DNA of 64,000 nt from an uncultured Rickettsiales bacterium (GCA_964539135.1 CAZIFG010000006.1:8585-72584), one strand, 5' to 3'; shown: positions 18,236 to 28,242, counted from the stretch's first letter. Notes: generated by a model from the letters alone, not told the origin. Translations and numbers: made by a program.

Positions 18236-19042
18236 ATGAAAGCCTATTTAGATCTTATTCGTACCATTTTAGAGTCTGGAGAGGATAGGCATGATCGTAC
18301 TGGGACGGGTACGAGATCTCTTTTTGGGGCGCAACTTCGGTTTGATCTTCGAGAGGGGTTCCCTCTTTTAACCACAAAAAAAGTATTGTTTAGCAGTGTC
18401 TTGAAAGAATTGTTGTGGTTTATTCGTGGCGCTACCAATATTCATGATGGGCTGGACTGTGGTATTTGGGATGCTTGGGCAAAGCCAGATGGGTCTTTAG
18501 GACCTATTTATGGCTATCAATGGCGACGTTGGGAGAAATTTACCCAGGATGAATCAGGGCAGTATGTCTGTACGCATGTGGATCAGCTTCAGGATCTTTT
18601 AGACGCCATTCAAAAAACACCGGATTCAAGACGCTTGATTGTGAATGCTTGGAATGTGTCCGATTTGGATAAGATGGCCTTGCCGCCTTGCCATACTTTT
18701 TTTCAGTTTTATGTTTCGAATGGCCATTTGGATTGTCAGCTTTATCAACGTTCTGCGGATATGGCACTAGGCGTTCCGTTTAATATTGCCAGTTATGCCT
18801 TGCTTTTGATGATGGTGGCTCAAGCCTCTTCATTGACGCCTCGATATTTTGTGCATACGTTTGGAGATGCTCATATTTATCATAATCATATTGAGGGCCT
18901 TCGTCTTCAATTAACACGAACACCGACGGCTTTGCCTCGTGTGGAAATTGCTTCAAAGCCTTTTTTTGAATTGCAATACGAAGATTTTGTGCTTAAGGAT
19001 TATGATCCTCAACCTTTTATTAAATTTTCAGTTGCGATCTAG
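18236..19042 (+). CDS. thyA: Thymidylate synthase (ThyA type)
   Basis: [31 protein letters not shown] aligns with the E. coli ThyA N-terminus. Also has the catalytic region [12 protein letters not shown] and [16 protein letters not shown]. The track ORF starts 9 nt earlier, at 18227. Confidence 0.95.
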   Translation: MKAYLDLIRTILESGEDRHDRTGTGTRSLFGAQLRFDLREGFPLLTTKKVLFSSVLKELLWFIRGATNIHDGLDCGIWDAWAKPDGSLGPIYGYQWRRWEKFTQDESGQYVCTHVDQLQDLLDAIQKTPDSRRLIVNAWNVSDLDKMALPPCHTFFQFYVSNGHLDCQLYQRSADMALGVPFNIASYALLLMMVAQASSLTPRYFVHTFGDAHIYHNHIEGLRLQLTRTPTALPRVEIASKPFFELQYEDFVLKDYDPQPFIKFSVAI

Positions 19043-19057
19043 GGCGGGGAAGGGAAT

Positions 19058-20749
19058 TTAAGAGGGTGGGATTTGTTTGTAATTAATGATAAATTCTGCG
19101 ACTTCTTTAAAAACAGGACCGGCGATGGCGGATCCCCAGATTACGGTTCTGGGCGTATCTATCGATACTAAAATGATGACTTGGGCATCTTTGGCCGGAA
19201 AAAATCCAACAAAACTGGCAATATAGGCGCCGCTTTCATAGCCATGTCCTCCTTCGGCTACTTTTTGAGCGGTTCCTGTTTTTCCTGCAATGCTATATCC
19301 GGGGATTTGAACATTTTTAGCGGTGCCTTCTCGGACTACGGTTTCCATAATTTCTGTCATTTCTGCCGCTGTTTTTTTACTGATTACTTGTCGTTTGGGT
19401 CGAATGGGTGTGCTGTGTCGGATGGTGAAGTCATCGTTCGCTAAATAGTCTACAATTCGAGGCGTCATGAGGACTCCGTGGTTGGCAATGGCACTGGTGG
19501 CGTTGATGATTTGAAGTGCTGTTACGGCAATACCTTGTCCAAAACTAATCGTGGCCACATCTACTTTTGACCAATTTTTGAATTTTCGTGCAATGCCTTT
19601 GGATTCGCCAGATAATTGAATTTCTGTGGGTTGTCCAAATCCAAACGCTTCAACGTACTGATGTAGTTTTTTGTCTGTTAATTTCATGGCAATAAGACTG
19701 GTGCCGACGTTTAAAGACTCTTTATAAATATCGGTGACTGTTTTTCGGCTGCTTTCACCTGCTGGACGTTCATGGGCTTCTTTGATGACGATATTATAGA
19801 GGGGGAGTTGCTCGGGGACGTCAAAAACAGTTTCAGGTGTGACGACACCTTCTTCTAAGGCGCCTGCAATGGTGATGGTTTTAAAAATAGATCCGGGTTC
19901 GTAAACATCGGTAACGGCTCTGTTTTTTCGAGATGTACTTTCATAGTTTTCCCATTCGTTGGGGTTGAAATTGGGGTAGGCGGCCATCGCTAAGATGTCT
20001 CCGTTTTTGGGGTTCATGACAATGATTTTACCGCCTTTTGCTTTTGCATTGGCTACCCCTTTTTTTAGGGCTTTTTCTGCGGCATATTGAATGGGTGTGT
20101 CAATGGTGCTGATAATGTGGAAACCATCATAATTGGGGATGGTTTTGCGTTGGCCTGTCAGCAGTTGGAAACCTCGAGGGTCACGTTCCAAGATAATTTT
20201 TCCTGCGGAGCCTTTTAATTTTTTGTCGAAACGGTATTCCAGACCACTCAGCCCTTGGTTGTCCACACCCACATAGCCCATAATTTGAGCCCCAACATGA
20301 TTTTGTGGGTAGACTCTTTTTTCTGTTTGAACAAATCCAATGCCGCGGAGGTGTAATTTTCTTAATTTTAAGGCGGTCTCAGTGGGGACTTGTCGCTTTA
20401 CCCATAAGAAATTAGATCGGGTTTTTCGCCAATTTTTGTTCATTTCAGCTGGGTTTTCATTGAGAATTTCTGCCGTAATACGCGCTGTTTCTGTGATGTC
20501 ATTCATTTCGTTTTTGACGGCAAACACAGAAAAGGTTTTTTCTGTGATCGCCAGTGGTACTTTATTTCGATCATAAATATTACCCCGATGCGGGTGTAAT
20601 AAAATAATACCCTTTAATTGCTGTTCTGCTTTTTCTTTGAAAAATTGATATTGAATGACTTGGAGATAAAAAGCGCGTAATACTAAGATGCTCGTGAGTA
20701 TAATTGTGATCAAAATAACGGTAAAATGTCGGGATTTATTCGGGATCAT
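19058..20749 (-). CDS. ftsI: Peptidoglycan D,D-transpeptidase FtsI (class B PBP)
   Basis: N-terminal TM anchor, a PBP dimerisation domain, then SxxK (GSIFKT), SxN (ESLNVG) and KTG (GKTGTAQ) motifs. Located directly downstream of ftsL. Confidence 0.9.
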   Translation of the reverse strand: MIPNKSRHFTVILITIILTSILVLRAFYLQVIQYQFFKEKAEQQLKGIILLHPHRGNIYDRNKVPLAITEKTFSVFAVKNEMNDITETARITAEILNENPAEMNKNWRKTRSNFLWVKRQVPTETALKLRKLHLRGIGFVQTEKRVYPQNHVGAQIMGYVGVDNQGLSGLEYRFDKKLKGSAGKIILERDPRGFQLLTGQRKTIPNYDGFHIISTIDTPIQYAAEKALKKGVANAKAKGGKIIVMNPKNGDILAMAAYPNFNPNEWENYESTSRKNRAVTDVYEPGSIFKTITIAGALEEGVVTPETVFDVPEQLPLYNIVIKEAHERPAGESSRKTVTDIYKESLNVGTSLIAMKLTDKKLHQYVEAFGFGQPTEIQLSGESKGIARKFKNWSKVDVATISFGQGIAVTALQIINATSAIANHGVLMTPRIVDYLANDDFTIRHSTPIRPKRQVISKKTAAEMTEIMETVVREGTAKNVQIPGYSIAGKTGTAQKVAEGGHGYESGAYIASFVGFFPAKDAQVIILVSIDTPRTVIWGSAIAGPVFKEVAEFIINYKQIPPS

Positions 20750-20752
20750 GGG

Positions 20753-21025
20753 CTAACCTTTGATGAAAATGATGGCTTTAGGCGGAGCCATTTTTAAGGT
20801 TTCGGTTGCTTTTTGATCTATGGTTTCCATGTTGGTTTTCCGTAAAAAGCGATGTTCCAGTTGATTGTTTTTCTCTCGCAGTTCTTTAAGGGCTAATTTT
20901 AAGCGCTGGGATTCGATCATGAGGGCGTTTGTTTTGATGTTTACCCATAGGCTTAATATGGCAATAATGCCTATTATTGCATAGATTGTGATGTAACGAC
21001 GTGTTTTTTTAGCCTCTCGATTCAT
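20753..21025 (-). CDS. ftsL: Cell division protein FtsL-like
   Basis: 90 aa with a short basic N-terminus, a single TM helix (ITIYAIIGIIAILSLWV) and a coiled-coil region. Sits 3 nt upstream of ftsI. Confidence 0.65.
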   Translation of the reverse strand: MNREAKKTRRYITIYAIIGIIAILSLWVNIKTNALMIESQRLKLALKELREKNNQLEHRFLRKTNMETIDQKATETLKMAPPKAIIFIKG

Positions 21026-21294
21026 GTTGTTTATAGTACCATTTTTTTGTTAAATGCCATAAAAAAAGATCTCTTTTTTACAATGGAAAAGGATTCAATA
21101 AAATAAATGTTTAAAAAATATAAAATTATGGTATAATTCAGTTCGGGGTGGGTTAGAAGTCTTCATAATCTTCTAATTCTTCGAGAAACACAAAAACAAA
21201 ATAACCACAAATGTTAAATATGTCTCTTTTGACTATTTACAAAAAAAACTTCCCTCTAATCCACCCTTTTTAAATCTCTTCTTTTTAGTATAGC

Positions 21295-22530
21295 TTATTT
21301 TGATTTTTTTAACGTATGATTTTTTTCTATTTTGTCTAGCATAGGCTTTATGTTTCCAAGAAAATAAATACTGCCTGTGATGATCAATAAGGGGGTTTTG
21401 GAGATATGTGATGGAATGTCCTGTATCGCTAGTTTTTTGAGTTTTACGGGACTTCTTTTTTGGATTTCTTTGTAAGAAAGCCCCAATTCGTCTGAAAATT
21501 CTACGATAAAAATTTCACTAGCCTCTTTTTTGATTTGGGCGATCATTTCTTTCGCATCTTTTTCTTTTGAGATGCCTAGAATCCATGTTGGGAGGGTATT
21601 TGGAAATTTCTTTTTTAAACTTTCGATGAGTGCCTGGATCCCATTTGGATTATGGGCACAATCAATGACGACTGTCCCTGATTCATGGTGAATTTGAGTG
21701 AATCGTCCCCAATGCCTAGCTGTTTTTAATCCGTCTAAAAATTGGGGCATGTAGGGGCTTTCTTCTCCAAAGAGATGTCGAAGACTGGTCAGTGCCATGC
21801 CGAGATTAATGCGTTGATAATGACCTTGTAGCGTATAGGTGGGGATGGGTGCTTCTTGTTTGGCGATAAGTAGAGGCGCTTTTTTTTCAGCGGCATCTTT
21901 TTGGATCTCTTCTAATACTATGGGGGCTTGAGTTTCGGTTGTCACAATGGGGATATTTTGTTTGATAATGCCACATTTTTCTCTTGTGATTTGAAGCAGT
22001 GTAGATCCTAATATTTGAGTATGATCCAGTCCTATGGTTGTGATGATGCTAAGGTTGGGCGTGATTACATTTGTGGCATCTAGTCGGCCCCCCAGACCTG
22101 TTTCCAGTAAGAGATAATCCGGTTTTTTTTCTGCAAAATAGGAGAATGCCAGGGCTGTTAGAATTTCAAATTCTGTTAGGTTGTAGTCGGGTGATAAGAG
22201 GGGCGTGATGTGGCGGATAAAGTCGGATTTTGAGATGAGCTTATCTTTGAATGTGATGCGCTCAAGATAACTGACAAGATGGGGAGAGGTGTAGGTGCCT
22301 ACGGTAAATCCGGCTTGGATTAAGGCATATTTTAAATAACTTAAGGTGGACCCTTTTCCGTTTGTTCCTGCAATATGAATGATATTTTTGCATTTTTTTT
22401 CGGGATCCCCGAGTTTTTTGAGGGTATTTTGAAAGTCTCTCAATCCATAATTGATGCCGCGACGAAATTTTTTTTCCGAGAGTTGGTTTAGAATACTTTC
22501 CAGTGACGGTGTTGTTTTTTCTCTTTCCAT
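21295..22530 (-). CDS. folC: Bifunctional folylpolyglutamate synthase/dihydrofolate synthase
   Basis: P-loop IHIAGTNGKGST, TSPHL, LETGLGGRLDATNV and DCAHNPNG are Mur-ligase/FolC family motifs. Confidence 0.88.
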   Translation of the reverse strand: MEREKTTPSLESILNQLSEKKFRRGINYGLRDFQNTLKKLGDPEKKCKNIIHIAGTNGKGSTLSYLKYALIQAGFTVGTYTSPHLVSYLERITFKDKLISKSDFIRHITPLLSPDYNLTEFEILTALAFSYFAEKKPDYLLLETGLGGRLDATNVITPNLSIITTIGLDHTQILGSTLLQITREKCGIIKQNIPIVTTETQAPIVLEEIQKDAAEKKAPLLIAKQEAPIPTYTLQGHYQRINLGMALTSLRHLFGEESPYMPQFLDGLKTARHWGRFTQIHHESGTVVIDCAHNPNGIQALIESLKKKFPNTLPTWILGISKEKDAKEMIAQIKKEASEIFIVEFSDELGLSYKEIQKRSPVKLKKLAIQDIPSHISKTPLLIITGSIYFLGNIKPMLDKIEKNHTLKKSK

Positions 22531-22673
22531 TTTCCTTATTTTATCATGTTTTATTTTGTTTGAAATAGCAAATTAATTAAAAATGACCTTTTTTTATGAC
22601 TCGTTTTTTCTGCTTTTAAATGGGCTGCTTCTTGCTTAAATTGAGGTGTTTGTGGTAAATCTATCCATTACTT

Positions 22674-25289
22674 ATGACAGATTTAAAATTACCGGATAAA
22701 TACGATCATTTACATTCCGAACAGCGGTGGCGCGATCATTGGGAATCTTTGGGCCTTTATGCTTGGGATTCCAGTGCGTCTCGAGAGCATACTTATAGTG
22801 TGGATACCCCGCCGCCTACGGTTTCGGGTTCTTTGCATATTGGTCATGTGTTTAGTTACACTCAGACTGACTTTCAAGTTCGATTTCAACGCATGATGGG
22901 CAAGTCTATTTTTTATCCCATGGGTTGGGATGATAACGGTCTTCCCACAGAGAGACGGGTTCAGAATACCTTTGGGATTACCTGTAATCCGGCTTTGCCG
23001 TATCATCCGGACTGGACGCCGTCTCGGGATTCTCAAAAAAAGCGTCAGGATTATGAGGATGTTTCTCGGCAGAACTTTATTGAAGCTTGTCAGATTTTGA
23101 CTCAGGAAGATGAGCGTGCCTTTGAGCAGATGTGGCGTAAATTGGCCTTGTCTGTGGATTGGTCTTTACAGTATGAAACGATTAATGATCAGTGTCGGAC
23201 AGTGTCGCAACGGTCTTTTTTAGATTTAGTTTCGAAAGATCGCATTTCACATGTGGAATCGCCGACGATGTGGGATGTTGATTTTCAAACGGCTGTTGCT
23301 CAGGCTGAATTGGAGGACAGAGAAAAACCAGGGGCTTACCATACGATAGAATTTTCGGTGGAATCTGGTGGGACTTTTACCATTGTGACCACAAGACCGG
23401 AACTTTTACCGGCTTGTATTGCGGTTGTCGCCCATCCAGATGATGTTCGCTATCAAGGTCTTTTTGGGCAGTATGCGATTACGCCTCTTTTTCATGCCCG
23501 TGTTCCTATTTTACCTGCTGCGCATGCCAATCCTGAAAAGGGAACGGGGATTTTGATGGTATGTACCTTTGGGGATGCCATGGATGTGGAGTTTTGGAAG
23601 CAATCGGGATTGCCTTTGAAGCCTGTTTTGGGCCGAAATGGGCGTTTTTTGCCTGTTGTTTTTGGTGAGGCGCCATTTGAGTCTCTTTTGCCGTCTCAAG
23701 CGCAAAAACAATATGATGATTTGGTGGGGCTTCGTGTGAAGGAGGTTCAAAAACGGATTGTGGCGCTTTTATCTGAGCCTGGATCTTCTTTGATTCATGA
23801 AGGTGCGGCTTTGGTGAAGGAGCCGGAAGCCATTACGCATGCGGTTAAATTTTATGAAAAAGGGGATAGCCCCATTGAATTTATTACCACGAGGCAGTGG
23901 TTTATTAAAATTTTAGATCAAAAAGAGGCCTTGTTGGCACAGGGGGCTAAAATTCGCTGGCAGCCTTCTTTTATGAAATCCCGTTATGACCATTGGGTTT
24001 CTGGGCTTAATCAGGAGTGGTGTATTAGTCGGCAGCGTTTTTTTGGGGTTCCGTTTCCAGTTTGGTATCCTGTTTTGGAGTCTGGAGAGATTCAGTATTC
24101 TGCACCTATTTATGCCGAACTTTCGGATTTGCCTGTGGATCCGCTTTCTCAGGCCCCTAAAGGGTATTCGGAATCTCAACGTGGGGTTCCAGGGGGCTTT
24201 GTGGGCGATCCGGATGTGATGGATACTTGGGCGACGTCTTCTTTGACGCCTCAAATTGCCAGTGGTTGGGGTTCTGATCCTGAACGGCATCAAAAGGTGT
24301 TTCCGATGGATGTTCGGCCTCAATCGCATGAGATTATTCGAACTTGGGCCTTTTATACTATTGCTAAAGCGTGGATGCATGAAGGGACTATTCCGTGGAA
24401 GCATGTGGCGATTAGTGGTTGGATTTTAGATCCCGATCGTAAAAAAATGAGCAAATCTAAGGGGAATACGGTGACGCCAGAGACGTTATTGGATACCTAT
24501 TCTTCAGATGCCGTTCGCTATTGGGCGGCAAAAGCCAAGCTGGGTGTGGATACGGCTTTTGATGAAAATTTATTTCAAATTGGTAAAAAGCTGGTGACCA
24601 AGATTTTTAATGCGTCTAAGTTTGTGTTGATGCAAATTCAAGATTATCCAGATTTGTCTATTCGGGATGTTGTTTTGCCGTTGGATGTGGCGCATTTAAG
24701 AACCTTAGAAGGGGTTGTTGTTTCTGCAACAGAGGCTTTTAAAAATAATGAATATTCCGTGGCTTTAGAGCTTTCAGAAGCGGCGTTTTGGCAGTTTTGT
24801 GATCATTATATTGAACTTGTGAAGGTGAGGGCTTATCGGGATGAGGATGTCTCCAATCGTCGTTCTGCGCTTGCCAGTTTAGAGCTTTCTTTGTCTCTTT
24901 TCTTGCGGCTTTTAGCCCCGTTTGTGCCGTATATGACGGAAGAGATTTGGTCGTATCGGTTTGCGGCGGTTTCGCCTTCTGTGCATGGGTCGTCTTGGCC
25001 AGCGGCTTCTGAATTTGAGTCTTTGCCAGAATTGGCAGATGCGGTTGGGCTTATGGGCATTGCGATAGAAGTGCTTTCTATCATTCGTGGGGCGAAAACA
25101 CAGGGCCAAGTGAGTATGAAACATCCTGTTTCTCTTGTCGAACTTAAGGGGTCCAAACTTCAGTTGGGGGCTTTAAAGGCAGCTGAAAGTGATTTGTGTT
25201 TGGCTGGATCTGTGGCTGAGATTTCTTATACAGAATCTGAGGATTTTTCGGTGGTTGTGACTTTGGGTGCGGCGGTAGATTCTAAGTAA
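22674..25289 (+). CDS. valS: Valine--tRNA ligase (compact form without a long C-terminal coiled coil)
   Basis: 871 aa. PPPTVSGSLHIGHVFSY (HIGH), GWDDNGLPTE, DTWATSSL and KMSKSKGN (KMSKS). Confidence 0.88.
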   Translation: MTDLKLPDKYDHLHSEQRWRDHWESLGLYAWDSSASREHTYSVDTPPPTVSGSLHIGHVFSYTQTDFQVRFQRMMGKSIFYPMGWDDNGLPTERRVQNTFGITCNPALPYHPDWTPSRDSQKKRQDYEDVSRQNFIEACQILTQEDERAFEQMWRKLALSVDWSLQYETINDQCRTVSQRSFLDLVSKDRISHVESPTMWDVDFQTAVAQAELEDREKPGAYHTIEFSVESGGTFTIVTTRPELLPACIAVVAHPDDVRYQGLFGQYAITPLFHARVPILPAAHANPEKGTGILMVCTFGDAMDVEFWKQSGLPLKPVLGRNGRFLPVVFGEAPFESLLPSQAQKQYDDLVGLRVKEVQKRIVALLSEPGSSLIHEGAALVKEPEAITHAVKFYEKGDSPIEFITTRQWFIKILDQKEALLAQGAKIRWQPSFMKSRYDHWVSGLNQEWCISRQRFFGVPFPVWYPVLESGEIQYSAPIYAELSDLPVDPLSQAPKGYSESQRGVPGGFVGDPDVMDTWATSSLTPQIASGWGSDPERHQKVFPMDVRPQSHEIIRTWAFYTIAKAWMHEGTIPWKHVAISGWILDPDRKKMSKSKGNTVTPETLLDTYSSDAVRYWAAKAKLGVDTAFDENLFQIGKKLVTKIFNASKFVLMQIQDYPDLSIRDVVLPLDVAHLRTLEGVVVSATEAFKNNEYSVALELSEAAFWQFCDHYIELVKVRAYRDEDVSNRRSALASLELSLSLFLRLLAPFVPYMTEEIWSYRFAAVSPSVHGSSWPAASEFESLPELADAVGLMGIAIEVLSIIRGAKTQGQVSMKHPVSLVELKGSKLQLGALKAAESDLCLAGSVAEISYTESEDFSVVVTLGAAVDSK

Positions 25290-25324
25290 TTCAATTGTTT
25301 TTCAAACAGGGATTGTCGCTTCTT

Positions 25325-25358
25325 CAAAAATCGAGCTGCTTCGCGATCTCGATTTTTG
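25325..25358. terminator. Hairpin between the convergent valS and membrane-protein genes (possible bidirectional terminator)
   Basis: CAAAAATCGAG-ctgcttcgcgat-CTCGATTTTTG has a perfect 11-bp stem whose own A/T runs supply U-tracts in both directions. Confidence 0.4.
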
Positions 25359-25455
25359 CTCACGCATTCGCCGACTCTAACCTTTTTGAATTCCTTCGGA
25401 TATTAAATGAGGCTTAGTGAGTATTCGGGGATTTTTTGGGGGAGGCGGAGGAATG

Positions 25456-25929
25456 TTATTGATGTGGGGGGTAATCTTGGGTTGCCGGTTCTTCCTCAAT
25501 TAAACTTTCTAATAGTATTTTTAGCATTCGGTTTTGTTTGAATACCGTCAACACTACCACCAAGGCCAATAAGGCCATGGCTGTTTGGAGCATTTTGGTG
25601 TTGTGGAAAATTATGAGTGTGAATACAGCGTAAATAAACAATAAGGTAATGTCGGCCGTATAAAGTTTATAACTGATATCCAACTCCAATTTTTGAGCGT
25701 CTATTGGGGTGATTTTTATCACGAGATAGGGCGAATCTAAGGCCAGAGAGGGGTGGGGATGGATTTCGATTTCGTTCTCTTTTTTGATGTGATAAAAAGA
25801 GTGCTTGAAAACGCCCTTTGTGCTGCGGTCAAGAAGTCGCTTTTCTAATGTTTTTTTTGCGGTTTTATCCGTTTTTTCTTCAATTCTGTTTTCAAAAGCT
25901 TCTTTTGAAAGCGATAGTGTCAGTTTCAT
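25456..25929 (-). CDS. Hypothetical membrane protein
   Basis: 157 aa with two C-terminal hydrophobic helices ([25 protein letters not shown]). Its start overlaps the tal stop by 4 nt. Confidence 0.55.
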   Translation of the reverse strand: MKLTLSLSKEAFENRIEEKTDKTAKKTLEKRLLDRSTKGVFKHSFYHIKKENEIEIHPHPSLALDSPYLVIKITPIDAQKLELDISYKLYTADITLLFIYAVFTLIIFHNTKMLQTAMALLALVVVLTVFKQNRMLKILLESLIEEEPATQDYPPHQ

Positions 25930-26573
25930 CCGTTTTGAAAGGCTTTTGCATCCTCTAAAAAAGTTTTAATGCCACTTTCTGTCAGAGGATGCTTGAAGAG
26001 TTGGACTAAAGTAGAATATGGAATGGTGGCCACGTCTGCGCCAATTTGGGCCGCATCTAGGACATGAACGGGATTTCGTACGCTTGCTGCTAAGATTTGA
26101 GTTTCAAACCCGTAATTGTCAAAAATCGTGCGGATTTGTGAAATCAAGTCCATACCATACTGACTGATATCGTCTAAACGCCCCACAAAAGGACTGACAT
26201 AGGTCGCGCCTGCTTTGGCGGCAATGAGGGCCTGGTTGGCTGAAAAAATAAGCGTTACATTTGTTTTAACGCCTCGTTTAGAGAGTTCTTTTACCGCTTT
26301 CATGCCTTCTGGCGTCATTACCACTTTGATGACGATGTTTTTGCCCCAGGTGATGTACTCTTCGGCTTCTTTTAACATGCCTTCTGCGGTTTCACTCAGG
26401 GTTTCAACGGAAATAGGCCCGTCTATCAAGGCACTGATTTCTTGAATGGTTTTTTTGTGGTCTTTTCCTGCTTTTTTAATGAGGCTGGGATTGGTTGTGA
26501 CACCATCTACAAGACCCATTTCATTGGCGATTGCGATGTCTTTTAATTCGGCACTGTCTATAAAAAATTTCAT
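25926..26573 (-). CDS. tal: Short-type transaldolase / fructose-6-phosphate aldolase
   Basis: 215 aa. [27 protein letters not shown] (Schiff-base Lys region) and TNVTLIFS match the TalC/FsaA subfamily. Confidence 0.88.
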   Translation of the reverse strand: MKFFIDSAELKDIAIANEMGLVDGVTTNPSLIKKAGKDHKKTIQEISALIDGPISVETLSETAEGMLKEAEEYITWGKNIVIKVVMTPEGMKAVKELSKRGVKTNVTLIFSANQALIAAKAGATYVSPFVGRLDDISQYGMDLISQIRTIFDNYGFETQILAASVRNPVHVLDAAQIGADVATIPYSTLVQLFKHPLTESGIKTFLEDAKAFQNG

Positions 26574-26923
26574 TTTTGGATCTCCTTGGGAGCGGTTTTT
26601 AGAAGTTGGACAACACCTTTACTTCGGTAATATTGCCATTTCGCATTTTTAAGTGGAGGCAGCTCCATTTCTGGAAGCATGACCACAAAATCAACATCAT
26701 CTAAACTGGGGGGGTACCCCTGATATTTTTGCTTATAAGCCTGTAGCGTGTTTCGAACAATTTGAAGCGATTGCTCGTTTTTTTGAGCTAAAGTTCTGGG
26801 AATCGTTTCCCTTTCTGTTTGTTTGAATTTTGGCCCTACAATATAAACAAGTGCCCCAATGACGGCGAGTAGGAGTAAAAATTCAATTAAGGTAAATCCA
26901 TTACTCTTCGTCATTTTGCTCAT
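26570..26923 (-). CDS. Prepilin-type N-terminal cleavage/methylation domain protein (type IV pilin or T2SS pseudopilin-like)
   Basis: MSKMTKSNG|[17 protein letters not shown] is a class III signal peptide with Gly-1, Phe+1 and Glu+5. The upstream part of the track ORF (to 27028) overlaps lpxA and was trimmed. Confidence 0.75.
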   Translation of the reverse strand: MSKMTKSNGFTLIEFLLLLAVIGALVYIVGPKFKQTERETIPRTLAQKNEQSLQIVRNTLQAYKQKYQGYPPSLDDVDFVVMLPEMELPPLKNAKWQYYRSKGVVQLLKTAPKEIQK

Positions 26924-28154
26924 GTCGAATGCCTTTTTTGAGTAGCCCTCGACTTGTCTCTGTGATGATAAATTGAAGCAAATGATTGGCTTCGGGCGTG
27001 GTGCAGTGATGGCTTTTAAGGGTTTCAATCGCTTGTGTTGTGTTTTGATCGGATCTATATAATTCTTTGTGGATGGCTTTGACTTCTAAAATGGTTTCTT
27101 TAGAGAGACCGCCACGTTTCATGCCCACTAAATTAAGCCCCCGAATGCCAGCAGGATTGCCTTCGCACAACATAAATGGGGGGACATCTTGAGGTAATCT
27201 TGTATATGCTCCAACCATGGCGCCTCTTCCAATCCGGACAAATTGATGTACGCCTGTCATGCCTCCAATTACGGCGCGATCCTCAACGTGTGTGTGTCCA
27301 CCTAGATTGGTCATATTCGCAATGATGATATTGTTTCCAAGGACACAGTTGTGTGCAATATGGACGTTTGTGAGGAAAATATTGTCGTGACCAATTTGCG
27401 TGATGGTGTCTTTTCCAGTCGCACGATTGATTGTGACGTATTCTCGGATGATGTTTCTATCCCCAATCACAACCCAGGATTTTTCACCCTTATACTTAAT
27501 ATCTTGAGCTGAAGATCCAATTACACACCCAAAATGGACATGGCAATTTTTTCCAATTTGAGTCCATTTTTCAATGAAACAATGGCCTTCTACGATAGTG
27601 TCATCGCCAATGATAACGTGCTCCCCAATAATAGAATTAGGGCCTATTTTTACGTTTTTACCTAAAATAGCTGTGCGATGCACGGTGGCTGTGCCATGAA
27701 TTTGAGGTTTGGTTTGCTCATGCGCTAAGGTAAAGGTGAAAATGCCCTCGCAGACAATTCGGCCTTCTACTAAGGCACGGCCTTCCATTTTAATGAAATT
27801 ACTTCGTGTTTTGAGAATGTGCATTTCTAATCGCAGTCGATCTCCAGGCACTACCGGCACTCTAAATTTTACTTTATCCATAGAGGCAAAATAGGCATAA
27901 CGACCGGCAAATTCAGGATCTTTCAAGAGGATGGCACCCCCAGTTTGAGCTAAGGCTTCCAAAATGAGAACGCCTGGCATGATGGGGTTGTCTGGAAAAT
28001 GACCTTGAAAAAAGGGCTCGTTAATCGTGACATTTTTGAGTCCGATGGCATGGGAGCCTTCTTGAAAGTCTGTGATTTTATCGATGAGTAAAAAAGGGTA
28101 TCGGTGAGGTAAAACCTGTTTGATATCTACAATATTCAATTCTTTTTGACTCAT
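26901..28154 (-). CDS. fabZ-lpxA: Fused 3-hydroxyacyl-ACP dehydratase (FabZ) / UDP-N-acetylglucosamine O-acyltransferase (LpxA)
   Basis: The N-terminal half (LPHRYPFLLIDKI...NEPFFQGHFPDNPIMPGVLILEALAQ) is complete FabZ. The C-terminal half (hexapeptide repeats, IAHNCVLGNNIIIAN, GGMTGVHQFVRIG, DVPPFML, LYRS) is complete LpxA. The frame is continuous across the junction TLAHEQTKPQIHGTATVH near 27700. SD GAGGG precedes ATG 28154. Confidence 0.85.
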   Translation of the reverse strand: MSQKELNIVDIKQVLPHRYPFLLIDKITDFQEGSHAIGLKNVTINEPFFQGHFPDNPIMPGVLILEALAQTGGAILLKDPEFAGRYAYFASMDKVKFRVPVVPGDRLRLEMHILKTRSNFIKMEGRALVEGRIVCEGIFTFTLAHEQTKPQIHGTATVHRTAILGKNVKIGPNSIIGEHVIIGDDTIVEGHCFIEKWTQIGKNCHVHFGCVIGSSAQDIKYKGEKSWVVIGDRNIIREYVTINRATGKDTITQIGHDNIFLTNVHIAHNCVLGNNIIIANMTNLGGHTHVEDRAVIGGMTGVHQFVRIGRGAMVGAYTRLPQDVPPFMLCEGNPAGIRGLNLVGMKRGGLSKETILEVKAIHKELYRSDQNTTQAIETLKSHHCTTPEANHLLQFIITETSRGLLKKGIRHEQNDEE

Positions 28155-28242
28155 AGTACCCTCATTCTCCTGTATATTTGTGGTTTTTGCAACCTTGTCT
28201 TTGCTTTTCATATAGGTGAATTTCGTGTACTCTGGAGTCCTA

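Noticed and set aside
25290-25455. The valS-downstream gap as another member of the palindromic repeat family. GGGATTGTCGC vaguely resembles the GGGACTGTTGCG terminus.
   Set aside because: Similarity is limited to a few bases, and the internal sequence and the 11-bp hairpin are unrelated to the family consensus.
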